A DNA stretch of 64,000 nt from Thermoanaerobaculia bacterium (GCA_963837455.1 CAWINM010000001.1:2184202-2248201); one strand, 5' to 3'; numbered from the stretch's first letter, positions 10,766 to 22,800 are shown. Notes: generated from the sequence alone by a model not told the origin. Made by a program: numbers and translations.

Positions 10766-11274
10766 CTACGGTGGCGGTGCCGCGGCCGCCGGCGGCTCCG
10801 GGCACTGATCGGGCCAGGCCTCCGTTGGCGTCTGGGGTTCGGGCCACAGCTCCCCGAAGTTGCCCACGTCCCCCCCGTAGTAAGCCGCCAGCACCACCCC
10901 AGCCACCACGATCGGCACCACCACTGCGTTGGCCGCCACCCGCGTACCCTCGAGCCGGCGGGTGCGGATGGCGCAGATTTCGTCGATGTAGATCCGCACC
11001 CTTCCCAGGCTGGTGCCCGTGCCGGTTCTGCCCTCCCCGAAGAGGAACGCCCCGTGCTGGTCCTTGCCGGCAATCGTGTGCGTCAAGACGAACATCGCCG
11101 GCGCGTAGGTGTAGACCCGCACCTGCTGGGCTCGCTGCAGCTGAGCGCCCGCGCAGGGTTGAGGGCAAGCACGCCAGGGGCGCATGGTGAAGCAGCCCTG
11201 AGACGTGCCCGCAGCGAGGAGCATCAGCATCGCCGGTAGCAACCGGCGCCGGGGTCGGGCTATCGAGGTGGCCA
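10766..11274 (-). CDS. hypothetical membrane/lipoprotein (169 aa)
   Basis: ATG at 11274 (MATSIARPRRRLLPAMLMLLAAGTSQGC…) followed by a C-terminal hydrophobic stretch. Confidence 0.4.
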
Positions 11275-11466
11275 TGGCCCCGTCCCTCCTCACCGTTCGT
11301 CGCGGTCGTAGCGCCGAGCGGCGCGGCCCTGGTCGCCCGGGCAGCTTCCTCGGCGATCCGAGGTCGTACCTCACTATAGTCCTGGTGGTGCCGCTAGAGC
11401 GCCCGCCCGGCGGGCCGCTCCCGAAGTCACCGAGGCGGCCTCTACCGACCGTACGGACTGCCCACG

Positions 11467-12009
11467 TTGCCAACCCGCGCCGAGCTAACTGCTGCCGCCG
11501 GCAAGACCATCCCCGACATCATCGCTCCGGGGCTCGATGTGCTGTTCTGTGGCATCAATCCGGGGCTGCTCAGCGCCGCGCTCGGCTACCACTTTGCGCG
11601 GCCCGGCAACCGCTTCTGGCCGACCTTGCATCGGGCGGGGTTCACGCCCCGGGTGTTGCAGCCAGCGGAGCAGCGGGAGCTGCTGGCGATGGGGCTGGGT
11701 ATCACCAACGTGGTGCCGCGCTCCACGGCCTCGGCGGCCGAGCTGATGCCCGGCGAGCTGCGTGCCGGCGCCCGGGCACTGGCGCGGAAGGTGCGTCGTG
11801 GGAAGCCGCGGTTCCTGGCGGTGCTCGGCATCGGTGCCTGGCGTACGGCGTTCGGGCGGCCGCACGCCACGCTGGGGGAGCAGAGCGGGCGTATGGGCGG
11901 CAGCCGGGTCTGGGTGCTGCCCAACCCCTCGGGGCTGAACGCTCACTACCAGGCCGCCGAGCTCGCCCGCTTGTTCGGCGAGCTGCGGGCGGCCGTCGAT
12001 TCTCGCTGA
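11467..12009 (+). CDS. mug: G/U mismatch-specific uracil-DNA glycosylase (Mug, UDG family 2)
   Basis: VLFCGINPGLLSAALGYHFARPGNRFW matches the Mug/TDG active-site region. Confidence 0.85.
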   Translation: MPTRAELTAAAGKTIPDIIAPGLDVLFCGINPGLLSAALGYHFARPGNRFWPTLHRAGFTPRVLQPAEQRELLAMGLGITNVVPRSTASAAELMPGELRAGARALARKVRRGKPRFLAVLGIGAWRTAFGRPHATLGEQSGRMGGSRVWVLPNPSGLNAHYQAAELARLFGELRAAVDSR

Positions 12010-12172
12010 TGAAGCCGTCGGTTGGGTCGGCAGCAGCGGCGAGGCGAGTCCGCTGTGGGAAAGCAATCCGGGCCCTCGCCCCAGCCAGCGGACGAGGCAC
12101 AGCGCCCGGGGCCACCCGATGCGCCCTCCCTTGGCGACGTTGGTGAGCCCTTGTGGTACAAGTCATACCGCC

Positions 12173-12388
12173 ATGCGCGACTACGAATCCCTGCACGCCA
12201 GCGAGCTCTGGTGCCCCCGCTGCCGCCGCGCCACGCCGGTGCGCGAGCGGCTCCTCCTCGTGCTGCCCACCGGCAACAAGTACGAGTACCGCTGCTCCGT
12301 GTGCGGCAGCTCGGTGGGTGAGAAGACCGACCAGGAGTCCCAGGACTTCCGCATCCCCGGGCCACCGCCTTCCCGCCGCCGGGGGTGA
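12173..12388 (+). CDS. small zinc-ribbon protein (CxxC…CxxC)
   Basis: 71 aa from the ATG at 12173: MRDYESLHASELWCPRCRR…YEYRCSVCGS…. Confidence 0.5.
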   Translation: MRDYESLHASELWCPRCRRATPVRERLLLVLPTGNKYEYRCSVCGSSVGEKTDQESQDFRIPGPPPSRRRG

Positions 12389-12928
12389 CCTCCGGCCCCC
12401 GTCCTGCCGGCAGCCTCGAGCGCGTGAGCGGCACCCTGCTCGCCCCTGGCCGGCATGTGGCCGCCGCGCCCCCCTGGGCCCTCGCCGTCGAGGGCCTAGA
12501 AGACGCGATGCCGATGGTGGAGCCGTTGGTGAAACCGGCCAGCAGGTCCAAGGTCGGGTTGTTTCGAAGCACGGTGGCGTCCATGATCGCACTGCCCTGG
12601 CGCGCATTGAGCCGGATGCCGGCTTCGCCGTAGTCCTGGATGGTGTTGCCCTGGATGAGGAAGCGGAATGGGTGGTGCCGGTAACGCGGTTGGTGCCGGT
12701 GTTGCCACTGGTGAACACCCGCAGGGCGTCGGCCGCGTTGCCGGCGCCGGAGTGCGCGACACCGCTGACGCCGACGACGTTGTCGACGAATCTACTGGGG
12801 TTTCGACTTGGAGTGCCTTGGTCATCGGGTCCTCCGCATAGCAGTCAGCGTCGGGCCGTTCGCCAGGTGCGGGCATGCGGAGAGGGGTGCAGCGTGGACC
12901 CGCCGCGGCACCCCTCTCCACGGACGAC

Positions 12929-13768
12929 TCACGCGACCTTGCGGTGGGCTTGCTGGCAGAAGGCGAGCAGATCGCGGTTGACGATGTCGGAATGGGTGGC
13001 GGTGAGGCCGTGCGGCAGGCCCGGATAGTAGATCTCCACGGCACCCTTGATCAGCTGGGCCGACTTCTTCGCCGAATCCTTGACCGGAACGATCTGGTCG
13101 TCCTCGCCGTGCATGACCAGAGTCGGGACGTCGAACTTCTCGAGGTCTTCGGTGAAGTCCGTCTCGGAGAACGCCTTGATGCTGTCGTACGCGTTCTTCA
13201 GCCCGGCCTGCATGCTCCAGAGCCAGAACTGATCCAAGATGCTCTGGGACACCTGCGCCCCCGGCCGGTTGGCGCCATAGAACGGCGAAGCGAAGTCCCG
13301 GTAGGCCTGCGCGCGGTCCTTCGCCAAGGCAGCCCGCAAGCCGTCGAAGAGCTCGATGGGAAGTCCTTCGGGATTGGCGGCCGACTTGAGCATGATCGGC
13401 GGCACGGCAGCGAGGAGAACCGCCCTGGCCACCCGCTGGGTGCCGTACTTGCCGATGTAGCGCGCCACTTCACCGCCGCCGGTCGAATGGCCGATCATCG
13501 TGATGTCCTGGAGATCCAGTGCCTCGATCACCGCCGCGAGGTCGTCGGCGTACCCGTCCATGTCGTTGCCGGACCAGGGCTGGCTCGATCGGCCATGGCC
13601 GCGACGATCGTGGGCGACGCACCGGAAGCCTCGCTCTGCGAGGAACATCATCTGGCCGTCCCACATGTCGGAGCTCAGGGGCCAGCCGTGCGAGAAGGTG
13701 ACGGCCGGGCCCTTCCCCCAGTCCTTGTAGTAGATCGTCGTTCCGTCCTTCGTCGTGATCGTGCTCAT
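12929..13768 (-). CDS. alpha/beta hydrolase (non-haem haloperoxidase / arylesterase family)
   Basis: 279 aa from the ATG at 13768. [20 protein letters not shown]…, a nucleophile elbow GHSTGGG, and the motif …[11 protein letters not shown]…. Confidence 0.85.
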   Translation of the reverse strand: MSTITTKDGTTIYYKDWGKGPAVTFSHGWPLSSDMWDGQMMFLAERGFRCVAHDRRGHGRSSQPWSGNDMDGYADDLAAVIEALDLQDITMIGHSTGGGEVARYIGKYGTQRVARAVLLAAVPPIMLKSAANPEGLPIELFDGLRAALAKDRAQAYRDFASPFYGANRPGAQVSQSILDQFWLWSMQAGLKNAYDSIKAFSETDFTEDLEKFDVPTLVMHGEDDQIVPVKDSAKKSAQLIKGAVEIYYPGLPHGLTATHSDIVNRDLLAFCQQAHRKVA

Positions 13769-14207
13769 CTGCCGGTCTCCTGAATGATTGTCTGCGAAGC
13801 GGTATTGCTTGCAGTCGCGCGTTCGAGAGCGAGGTCCGCGTGCATTCGCGAAGACCGGAAACCACGTCGGGATGTGACAGCCGTGGCTTGCGCCCGGCGG
13901 TCCGTCCGGAGTGTCAAGAGGCAACGGCGATGGGGTCTGTATGGACGCGGTAGGGCGCGCGGCCGCCGCGGGGGCGGGGCCCTTTCGCGCGCTACATGAG
14001 CGCGGGCGACCGCCGAGAGGGGCGCCGGTGACGCCACCGGGACAAGACCGGATCATGGCGCGGCGATACCGCCAGGGCGCACCCGGGCCAACCGTCCGTC
14101 CCGGAGGTTCCGATTCCCTCGTTCAGGGGTAGCATCTCTCGCGGCCCGGCAGGGAGCGCGTTGCCTTGTGCGTGGCGGAGGGGCCAGCGGAGATCGCGGG
14201 ACGGGCG

Positions 14208-17200
14208 ATGCAGCGGATCAGGGCGCTTCTCGTCGCGGCCATGTTGCTGCCCTTCGCCGCCTCGGCCACCGGAGCGATGCGCCCGCTGGCCCACTACACG
14301 CACCAGCGCTGGAGCGAGGAGAGCGATCTGCCGCGGCCAGTCGCCGCTCTGGCCCAGGACCACCGCGGCTATCTCTGGATCGCGAGCGCGGCCGGCCTCT
14401 TCCGCTTCGACGGCATCCGCTTCGAGATGATCAGTGCCGGCGTCGATCTCGTCGTCCATGGTGCACCGTCGGCCATTCTGGTCCGACGCAATGGCGAGGT
14501 CTGGACCAATTTCGAACGCTCCCGGCGCTTTGCCGTCTATCGCGAGGGTCGGCTGCAGTTTCTGGACGCCCCGCCGGCGCCGCACCGGGTGTCCGCCATG
14601 CAGGAGACCCGGGACGGCACGATCTGGGTGTTGACCGAACAGATCGGGATCCCGCTCCTGTGCTTTCGGAACGGACGGTGGACGTCCTTCGGCCCTGAGG
14701 CCGGTGCGCCGCTCGACAATCCCTTCAGCATGGTAGTGACCTCCGACGGCACCGTCTGGGTGTCCTTCACTGGCTCCGTAGCGCGGTTGGCGTCGGACGG
14801 TCGGCGGTTCCAGTTCGTGCGCCAGGATCCGGGCGCGACCGGGCGGCTGTCGATCGACCCGCAGGAACGGATTTGGCTGACGGAGCGCCGCGGCACCTAT
14901 CCGATCACCGGCCCCGGCGGGCGCGGAACCCCGCCGCCGCTCCGCTACGCCTATGCGACCGACGCGGCCCAGATCCGCGGCTGGCCCATGTTCGACCGCG
15001 ACGGCAATCTGTGGATCGCCACCTACTACGATGGGCTGCAGCGCTTGGCGAGGCCCGACCCGCGCGGCGCCGCCTCGCCGGCCGAGGCGGCAGCCAGCGT
15101 CGAGCGCTTCACCGTGCGCGACGGCCTCTCGTCGAACGCGACGACGCAGCTCTTCCAGGATGCGGAGGGCAACGTCTGGCTCGGCACGGAGAACGGCCTG
15201 GACAGGTTCTGGCCGGCGACCCTGCGCTTCGAGCCGCAGCTCACCGACCCGGCCGCGTTCGGCGATCTGCTGCTGCAGGCCTCGGACGGGAGCATCTATA
15301 TCGGCGAGGCTTCGACCGTGTACCGGGTGCGGCCCGGTGGACGCCCGGAGCCGATCCTGCGGACGCCGGTCGAGCCACGCACTCTTTGCGAGGCGCCGGA
15401 CGGCTCGATCTGGATCGGGACCAACGACAAGGAGGTCGTGATCTGGCGGCAGGGACGGATGCGCCGCCTCGGGCAGCGGGCGCCGCTGTCGTTCACCATC
15501 TATGACTGCGCCTTCGACGCCCAGGGCGACTATTGGGTCACGGCGTCGCTCGGCGGGATGGCCCGGTTGCGGAGCGGGCGCTGGGAGCGGATGTTCGGGC
15601 CTGCTGGCGGAGCGTTCGTGCCGAAGTCCCTGCTGGCCGACGCGCGTGGCAAGCTGCTCGTGCACTGGAGCGAGCGTACTTTGAGCCTGCTCGACGGGCG
15701 TGTGCACCACGCGTTTCCCATCCCCTTCGGCCGCTATCAGCCCTACGACGTGGTCCTCTATTCCGAGGCGCCGGACACCTGGTTTGTCGCCGGCCGGTTC
15801 GGGCTGGCGAGGCTCCGGCACGGACGCTTCCAGACCCTCTACGCCCACCAGGCGCCGCTGCTCAGCGATGTGAAGGGAATGGTCCGGACGCCTGGCGGCG
15901 ACATGTGGTTCGCGGGACCCGGCGGCATCGTGCGCATGACAGCTGCCGCGCTGGAGCGCGCCTTCGCCAATCCCAGCCAGCCCCTGTCCATGCAGCTGTT
16001 CGGTGCCGCCGACGGCCTGAGGAGCCGGCCGCATTCCCACAGTCGCCACGCGATCGTCCAGGGCGGCGACGGGCGGCTCTGGATCGCGACGCAAACCGGG
16101 ACCCTGTGGCTCGATCCGGCCGATATCTCCCACAGCCGCACGCCGCCCCGCGTGGCGATCAGCGCTCTGTCGGCCGATCGCGTCTATCGCGATCCGTCCG
16201 GCATTACGCTGCCGGCGGGCACTTCGAACGTCCAGATCGATTTCGCCGTGCTTGCCTTCTCGAACCCGCGCTCCGCGCGCGTGCGCTACCGGATCGAGGG
16301 GCAGGATCCGGACTGGATCGAGGCCGGCACGCGGCGGCAGGCGTTCTACACCAACCTCCCCCCGGGCACCTACCACTTCCAGGTGGTTGCGGCGAACGGG
16401 GACGGGGTCTGGAACGAGAAGGGCGCGACCGTCGCGTTCGAGATCCCGCCGACCTTCGTCCAGTCGCGCTGGTTCGTCGCCCTGTGCATCCTGCTGGCGC
16501 TGGTCCCGCTCTGGCTCCTCTACCGCCTGCGCGTGGCGCAGGTCGGGCGCCGAATTGCGCACGACTTCAACCTGCGCTTGGATGAACGCGTCAACGAGCG
16601 GACGCGAATCGCACGGGAGCTGCACGATACGCTGTTACAGAGTTTTCAGGGGTTGATGCTCCGCTTTCAAAGCGCGCGTGACCTGCTGCCCGCACATCCC
16701 GCGAAGGCCGTCGAGGCACTCGACGGCGCTCTCGACCGAGCGGATCAAGCCATCGCCGAAGGCCGCGACGCGATCCAGAATCTACGGTCGTCCACTACCG
16801 TGAGCAACGAATTGGCGCAAGTGATCACGAGCTTGGTCGAAGAGCTCACCAACGGTCCAGAGAAGGGCTCGGCAACGTTCCGCATGTCCGTCGAGGGCTC
16901 ACCGCGGGACCTGCATCCGATCGTCCGCGACGACATCCACCGCATTGCACGCGAAGCGCTACGCAATGCATTCCGTCATGCACAGGCCGATCGCATCGAG
17001 GCGGAAGTCACGTATGGGGCACGCGAGCTTCGCGTGCGCATCCGGGACAACGGCAAGGGCATCGACGCGCAACACCTCACCACCGGGCGCGCCAAGCACT
17101 GGGGGCTGACCGGCATGCGCGAGCGCGCCATTCAAATCGGCGGCCAACTCAATCTCTGGAGCGAATTGGGAGCCGGCACCGAAGTCGAGCTGCGCGTTCC

Positions 17201-17279
17201 GGGGGCGGTGGCCTATAGTGCTCCGCGCCTTGGCCGCGGCGTGTTCCGCAGGCGCCGCGAGCAAGGAGGCGGATCATGA
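14208..17279 (+). CDS. hybrid sensor histidine kinase with a periplasmic beta-propeller (Reg_prop / Y_Y_Y) domain and a HisKA_3/HATPase core
   Basis: Signal peptide, repeated propeller blades (…GYLWIAS…, …GTIWV…, …GNLWIAT…, …GNVWLGT…), a TM helix (WFVALCILLALVPLWLL), the phospho-acceptor box RIARELHDTLLQ, and a C-terminal ATPase. Confidence 0.85.
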   Translation: MQRIRALLVAAMLLPFAASATGAMRPLAHYTHQRWSEESDLPRPVAALAQDHRGYLWIASAAGLFRFDGIRFEMISAGVDLVVHGAPSAILVRRNGEVWTNFERSRRFAVYREGRLQFLDAPPAPHRVSAMQETRDGTIWVLTEQIGIPLLCFRNGRWTSFGPEAGAPLDNPFSMVVTSDGTVWVSFTGSVARLASDGRRFQFVRQDPGATGRLSIDPQERIWLTERRGTYPITGPGGRGTPPPLRYAYATDAAQIRGWPMFDRDGNLWIATYYDGLQRLARPDPRGAASPAEAAASVERFTVRDGLSSNATTQLFQDAEGNVWLGTENGLDRFWPATLRFEPQLTDPAAFGDLLLQASDGSIYIGEASTVYRVRPGGRPEPILRTPVEPRTLCEAPDGSIWIGTNDKEVVIWRQGRMRRLGQRAPLSFTIYDCAFDAQGDYWVTASLGGMARLRSGRWERMFGPAGGAFVPKSLLADARGKLLVHWSERTLSLLDGRVHHAFPIPFGRYQPYDVVLYSEAPDTWFVAGRFGLARLRHGRFQTLYAHQAPLLSDVKGMVRTPGGDMWFAGPGGIVRMTAAALERAFANPSQPLSMQLFGAADGLRSRPHSHSRHAIVQGGDGRLWIATQTGTLWLDPADISHSRTPPRVAISALSADRVYRDPSGITLPAGTSNVQIDFAVLAFSNPRSARVRYRIEGQDPDWIEAGTRRQAFYTNLPPGTYHFQVVAANGDGVWNEKGATVAFEIPPTFVQSRWFVALCILLALVPLWLLYRLRVAQVGRRIAHDFNLRLDERVNERTRIARELHDTLLQSFQGLMLRFQSARDLLPAHPAKAVEALDGALDRADQAIAEGRDAIQNLRSSTTVSNELAQVITSLVEELTNGPEKGSATFRMSVEGSPRDLHPIVRDDIHRIAREALRNAFRHAQADRIEAEVTYGARELRVRIRDNGKGIDAQHLTTGRAKHWGLTGMRERAIQIGGQLNLWSELGAGTEVELRVPGAVAYSAPRLGRGVFRRRREQGGGS

Positions 17280-17908
17280 ACGCCAAGCACACCCCGATCC
17301 GCATTCTTTCGGTCGACGACCATCCTCTCCTACGCGAGGGCGTGGCCTCGCTATTGGCCGGTCAAGCTGACATGCAGCTGGTGGCCGAAGCTGCAACCGG
17401 CCGCGAGGCTGTCGAGCAGTTCAGAGCGCATCGTCCAGACGTGACATTGATGGACTTACAGATGCCCGAGATGAGCGGCGTCGAGGCGATGATCGCGATC
17501 CGCGCGGAGTTTCCTTCGGCACGCATCATCGTGCTGACGACGTACGTGGGCGATGCGCAGGTGTTGCGTGCGCTCGAGGCTGGCGCTCAGGCTTACTTGC
17601 TCAAGAGCGTCCTCCGGAAGGAGCTGCCGGATGCCATCCGTGTCGTTCATGCAGGCCACAAGCGGATCGTGCCAGAAGTGGCGACGACCCTGGCGGAGCA
17701 CGCGGCGGACGACGCCTTGTCGCCACGCGAGATCGAGGTGCTGAGGCTGATCGCCGGCGGCAACGCCAACAAGATGATCGCCGCCCAGCTTTCCATCACC
17801 GAGGAGACCGTCAAGGGCCACGTCAAGAACATCCTCTCGAAGCTGGCTGCAAACGACCGCACGCATGCCGTCACGATCGGGCTGAAACGCGGGATCATCG
17901 ATCTCTAG
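17276..17908 (+). CDS. NarL/FixJ-family response regulator (REC + LuxR HTH)
   Basis: RILSVDDHPLLREG…DLQMPEMSG… and a C-terminal LSPREIEVLRLIAGGNANKMIAAQLSITEETVKGHVKNIL. Its start overlaps the kinase stop in an ATGA. Confidence 0.9.
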   Translation: MNAKHTPIRILSVDDHPLLREGVASLLAGQADMQLVAEAATGREAVEQFRAHRPDVTLMDLQMPEMSGVEAMIAIRAEFPSARIIVLTTYVGDAQVLRALEAGAQAYLLKSVLRKELPDAIRVVHAGHKRIVPEVATTLAEHAADDALSPREIEVLRLIAGGNANKMIAAQLSITEETVKGHVKNILSKLAANDRTHAVTIGLKRGIIDL

Positions 17909-17997
17909 CCGAACCCCTCGAAAGAGGGGCGTCGCGCAGGCACTATTGGGGCGGGCGCACGCGTTCTGCAGGCGGTAGCTTTGCCAGCGGGCGGCTC

Positions 17998-18363
17998 GTG
18001 CAAAGACTCTTCTCGACCTTTCCGGGCGGTCTGCCCGGCGCCGGCCTCGTACTCCTGCGCGCTGCAGCGGCGATTCCACTCGTGTACGCGGGGCTGCTAA
18101 CCGCGGCCTCGCCGTCGCCGTCCATCCTGGGAGTGGTGACCGCAGGGGCCGCAATCTTGCTCTTGATCGGTTTGTGGACTCCGCTCGCGGGCGCGGTCGT
18201 TGCGGTGGCGCAGTTGGACCTCGCAGTCTTGCATCCTTCACAACCTTGGGCGTTCGTCCATTACGCGGCGCTGGGCGCCGCGCTTGCGATGCTCGGACCT
18301 GGTGGCTGTTCTCTGGATGCGCGTCTCTTCGGGCGCAAGCAGATTCGGATTCCCCCTCGTTGA
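17998..18363 (+). CDS. small DoxX-like membrane protein
   Basis: 121 aa, almost entirely hydrophobic helices. Confidence 0.45.
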   Translation: MQRLFSTFPGGLPGAGLVLLRAAAAIPLVYAGLLTAASPSPSILGVVTAGAAILLLIGLWTPLAGAVVAVAQLDLAVLHPSQPWAFVHYAALGAALAMLGPGGCSLDARLFGRKQIRIPPR

Positions 18364-18502
18364 TTTCCGCGATCGTGTGACCGGTGCTCACCCCGAAAGG
18401 GGTGTGGATTGACCTCGCGATCGAGGCATTCCGCGCAACTCCCATCGAGGGTCGTCGACGCTTCGCCTCCCCTTTCAGACTGCCTGCGAAAGGGGGGATC
18501 CA

Positions 18503-19225
18503 ATGACAGCTGCATCTCAGTCGGTTTTCGCGAGCGCCCCGCGGCCAGCAGAGAGCGAGACCAGCACATGCGACGACGGCCTCGCGGCGTTCATGAGCGT
18601 GCGTGCTCGTCTCTTCGGCATTGCCTACCGCATGCTGAGAAGCGCAGCGGAGGCCGAGGACGTCGTGCAAGACGTTTGGGTACGCTGGCAGACGGCGGAT
18701 CGCAGCTTGGTTCGCGACGCCGTCGCGTTCCTCGCGACGACAACGAGACGACTGGCGATCAACGTCCTGCAGTCGGCACGCTCGCGCCGCGAGACGTCCG
18801 CCGGACGCTGGCTGCTCGAGCCGGTGGATAGCAGCGCCGATCCGCGATCGGGAATCGAAGGACACCAGGCATTGGCGTCTGGGGTTCAGCTGCTGCTGGA
18901 AAGGCTCAGGCCCATGGAGCGCGCCGCCTATGTCCTTCGGGAGGCCTTCGACTATCCCTACAGGCAGATCGCGAAAGTCCTGCGGCTCGAAGAGGCAAAC
19001 GCACGGCAAGTCGTGACGCGTGCTCGGCAGCACGTCGCGGACGGCCAAAGGATACCGGCAAATTCCACCGAGCGACGCCGTCTTCTCGCCGCTCTCATGG
19101 CAGCCGCCCAAGACGGCGACGTCGCCGGCCTCGAAGGTCTCCTCGTATCGGACGCTCGTCCGGACCGGGAACGGCGTCGGTTTGGTGTGGCTGGGAGAGT
19201 ACCTGCCGGCGTCGGCGCGGCGTGA
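18503..19225 (+). CDS. ECF-type RNA polymerase sigma factor (SigJ-like), copy B
   Basis: Sigma-2 and sigma-4 regions (GLAAFMSVRARLFGIAYRMLRSAAEAEDVVQDVWVRW…; …MERAAYVLREAFDYPYRQIAKVLRLEEANARQVVTRARQHV). Near-identical paralog at 27927. Confidence 0.75.
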   Translation: MTAASQSVFASAPRPAESETSTCDDGLAAFMSVRARLFGIAYRMLRSAAEAEDVVQDVWVRWQTADRSLVRDAVAFLATTTRRLAINVLQSARSRRETSAGRWLLEPVDSSADPRSGIEGHQALASGVQLLLERLRPMERAAYVLREAFDYPYRQIAKVLRLEEANARQVVTRARQHVADGQRIPANSTERRRLLAALMAAAQDGDVAGLEGLLVSDARPDRERRRFGVAGRVPAGVGAA

Positions 19226-19410
19226 GGGCGAGGTCTGACGTCGGCCTCTGCTCTCGGCAGCTCCCTCGATTCGTTGGCGACCCTCCTTCCCAGCCAACCC
19301 ACCTTCGTGCGCCGCAACGCCACAACCCATCCCCGCACCCGGTCAATGGCTCGGAGGAGCGGCGATTGCTCCACGCTCGCCAACATGAGCTCGGCTGAAC
19401 GCGGAAAGGA

Positions 19411-19696
19411 GTGCGATCAGCCACTCACGGAACGACGGTGCGGTTGCGGCCGGTGCTCCTTCAGCCGATGGCGTCCGACGACGTTGCCAAGGCCGTCGGC
19501 AGAATCGCCGTCGGCGCGCCGGGCGGGGATCGATCCCAGCGGCTTGGCGCGCTTTTCGCGCGACCGCGTCGAGTGGGAGCACATCCAGCGCGTACTCAGC
19601 GAATGTGGCGGGAATGTCTCCCGGGCGGCTCGGTTGCTCGGTCGCGACCGTCGCTCGCTGCAGCGCAAGCTGGCCAAGCGGCCGTCAGGGAGGTGA
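19411..19696 (+). pseudogene. mosaic of gene remnants: an NmrA-like fragment (…[32 protein letters not shown]…) followed by an NtrC/Fis-type C-terminal HTH fragment (…[35 protein letters not shown]…)
   Basis: Short in-frame matches to the C-terminus of the NmrA paralogs and to the DNA-binding HTH of sigma-54 activators. Neither has a start codon or a complete domain. Confidence 0.5.
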
Positions 19697-19899
19697 CCGC
19701 GGGCGATTCTAACCAACTTCATAGCGGAGTAGCCCAAGCGGTGGCGAGCTCGAACACCTTGGGAAATTCGGGACACCCCCACCCGCGGCGCGCCGCATCT
19801 TTGCGCGCGGGCGATGGCTGCCAGCGCCGATCATACTGGGCACGCGAGCTGCCGCGTGCGAGCGGGAGGTGTCAGCCCGCCGACTCAGGTGCTGATCCG

Positions 19900-22800
19900 T
19901 TATGACGGCGACGTCACGAGCGGCGCCAGCAGCGCCAGTAGCTCCGCACGGCCGAAGACGCGCGACAACGCGGCAGAGTCGGTCTCGACGACCTCATCGA
20001 GCAGCCGCCGCTTGCCCTCGATGAGGCCGTCGATGCGCTCCTCGAGTGTACCCTCGGCGATCAGCCGCAGGACCTGCACCGCCCGCCGCTGACCGATGCG
20101 GTGGACCCGGTCGGTGGCCTGATCCTCGCGCGCGGCATTCCACCAGCGGTCGTAGTGGATCACCACCGAGCCCCCCACCAGGTCGATGCCGGTGCCGCCT
20201 GCCTTGAGGCTGCCGAGGAAGACACGGCAGCCCTCGTCGCGGTTGAAGCGGTCGACCGTCTCGGCGCGCCCGCGGCTGCTGCCGGTGAGCGTGGCGTGAC
20301 CGGTGCCGAGGGCGGTGAGGTGGCGGCCCATGATCTCGAGCATGCCGAGGTACTGGCTGAAGACCACCACTTTCTGACCGCTGCCGAGGGCTTCGCCGAG
20401 AAGCTCGCAGAAGAGGTCCCACTTGCCGGAGCTGTGCTGCTGCCAACGGTCCAGGCGGCCGAGGGCGAGCGCCGGGTGATCGCAGATGCGCTTGAGCAGG
20501 TTGAGCACGGCGAAGACGTGGAGGTAGGGAATGCGCTCACCGGGGCGAGAGAGCCGCTCGCGCAGCTCCGGCCCGCGCCGCTCGACGACCTCGCGATAGA
20601 GAGCGACCTGCTCGTCGCTGAGCCGACAGCGACGCGGGTCGTTGATCTTCTCCGGCAGCTCCCCGAGGACCTCGGCCTTCACGCGCCGCAGAACGAATGG
20701 TCGAGCGGCGCGCCGCAGCGACTCGGCTTGGAAGGCACGGCCGGCGCCGCGGCTGGCGGGCTCCAGGTGGTCGAGAGCACCCGGCAGCACGAGGTCGACC
20801 AAGGCGTGGAGATCGGCGAGGTCGTTCTCGATCGGCGTGCCGGTCAGCCCGATCCTGACCTCGGCCGAAAGTGCCCGCGCCGCTCGGTAGCCCTGGGTCT
20901 GCCGGTTCTTGAGCTGCTGTGCCTCGTCGAAGACGACGACGGCGAAGGGCTGGTCCGCGAGGGTCTCGGCGGCGGCGCGCAGCGTGCCGTAGGAGGTGAG
21001 CACGAGGCGGGTGCCGCTGGTTTGCTGGAGGTCGCGCCGCGGGCCGTGGAACACCGCCACCGGCAACGTGGGGGCGTGCTCGGCAAGCTTCTGCTGCCAG
21101 TGCCCCAAGACGGTCAGCGGCGTCACCACCAGGCTGGGCAGGTCGGTCAACGATTCCTCGACCAGCAGCAGCAGGAGCGCCATCGCCTGGTGAGTCTTGC
21201 CGAGCCCCATGTCGTCGCAAAGCAGCCCGCCTAGGCGGTAGTGCCACAGCGCCGAGAGCCACTCGGCCCCCAGCCGCTGGTAGGGGCGCAGCGGCGAGCA
21301 CAGCCCCACCGGCTGGGAGAAGGGCCGCGGAGGGCGCAGCTCGAGCAGGCGCCGCAGACGCGCGGCCACCTCGGGTGGTCCGAGGACGCGGGCCCCTCCG
21401 GTCGAGCTGGCGGCGAGGCGCAGCAGGTCCACCGCCGCCAGCCGCAAGCGGCCGTCGCTGTCCTCGATCTCCATCGCCGGCCGTGCCGCGAGGCCGGCGA
21501 GGAAGCCGAGGGCAGGCGACCCCAGGTCGATCCAATCGCCGTTGGGCGTGGTGGCGACGCTCCGCCCTTCGCGCTTGCCGCGCAACAGGTCGCCGAGGGA
21601 TACCGCGCCGGCGCCCTCGCCATAGGTCGCCGACAGCCAGTACCAGCCCCCCTCGTCCGCCGTTCCGACATCGAGGGCGAGGTTGCCGGGCTCGGCGAGC
21701 AGCCGCGGCAGAGTGACGCCGCGGTCGAGCACTACCTCGCCGTCGGCCACCGCCGCGGCGAGCTCGCCCGCCACCTGCGGCAACTGGTGGTTGGAAAGCA
21801 CCATGCGCCGCGGCGCTGTGAAACGGCGCGGGCGTCCGGGGCGCTCGAGCTCGCCGAGCACACCGAGCTCCGGTAGGTACACCAAGTCACCATAGCGGAA
21901 GCGCTCGAGCGCCTCGCTGGCGAGCAAGCGTGCCTCCCCCTGTTGCTGCAGCGCCTGGATCACGGGCCGCAGCTCGAGGTCGACCTCGGTGGCCCGGGAA
22001 ACGAGGAAGAGCGAACGCAGCGGGATCGGCTTCGCCGCCAGGTCTTGCTGGCCCGGAAAGGCGGCGGCGAGGAGCCCCAGCATGGCGCGCACCTGCTCCC
22101 TGGGGACCGTGAAGCGGTAGCGGTCGGTGCCGTCCGGGTCGCGAAACGTCAGCTGCAGCTCGCCGGTTTCCAGGTCCACCACCGGATGGAAGGTGCCCCC
22201 GGGATCGCCGTGCTCGCGCACGACGTGGTACGCGAGGCGGCGAGCGAGGCTCGCCTCCCGTGCTTGGCGCACCGAGGGCATTCCGGCGTCGAGGAGCAGC
22301 CGCTCCTCGGGCGTGATCTGGAGCAGCGCCAGGCGGTCGAGCAGGGACGCACGCCCGGCTACGTCGCCGAGCCGCACCAGCCGGTCCACCAGCCGCTGGC
22401 CCGAGGCCGAAGAGTCGAGGACGAGGATGCGCGCCTCACCGCCGTGGCCGCGCACCTCCACGCCCCCTCCGGCGAGCCGGCGAAGCTCCACGCTCACCGC
22501 TCGCCCGCGTTCGCCGGCGAAGAGCAAGGGCGCCAGGCGCCCCCACAAGGTGGTGGCGAAGCCCGCTTCCCAGGCGAGCCCTCCCCAGCGGCGCTCGGCC
22601 TCGCGCAGGCGCTCGCCCAGCAGCAGCTGATGGCGGCAGGTGCGCTCTCGGGAAGCCTTGCACGTACAGCTGCGCGTCGCCGGCTGCCCGGCGTCCTCGG
22701 GCAGGACGATCGTCGCCAGGCCAGGCTCTGAGTCGTTGGCCGGCGGTAGCAGGCCGATGCCGCGACGCAACACCTCGAGGTCGGCGAGGCCGTCGCCGGC

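Noticed and set aside
13992-16625. 877-aa minus-strand ORF
   Set aside because: Antisense to the sensor histidine kinase; composition is dominated by R/A/G/P.
17456-19330. 624-aa minus-strand ORF
   Set aside because: Antisense to the response regulator, the DoxX-like gene and the ECF sigma; low-complexity translation.
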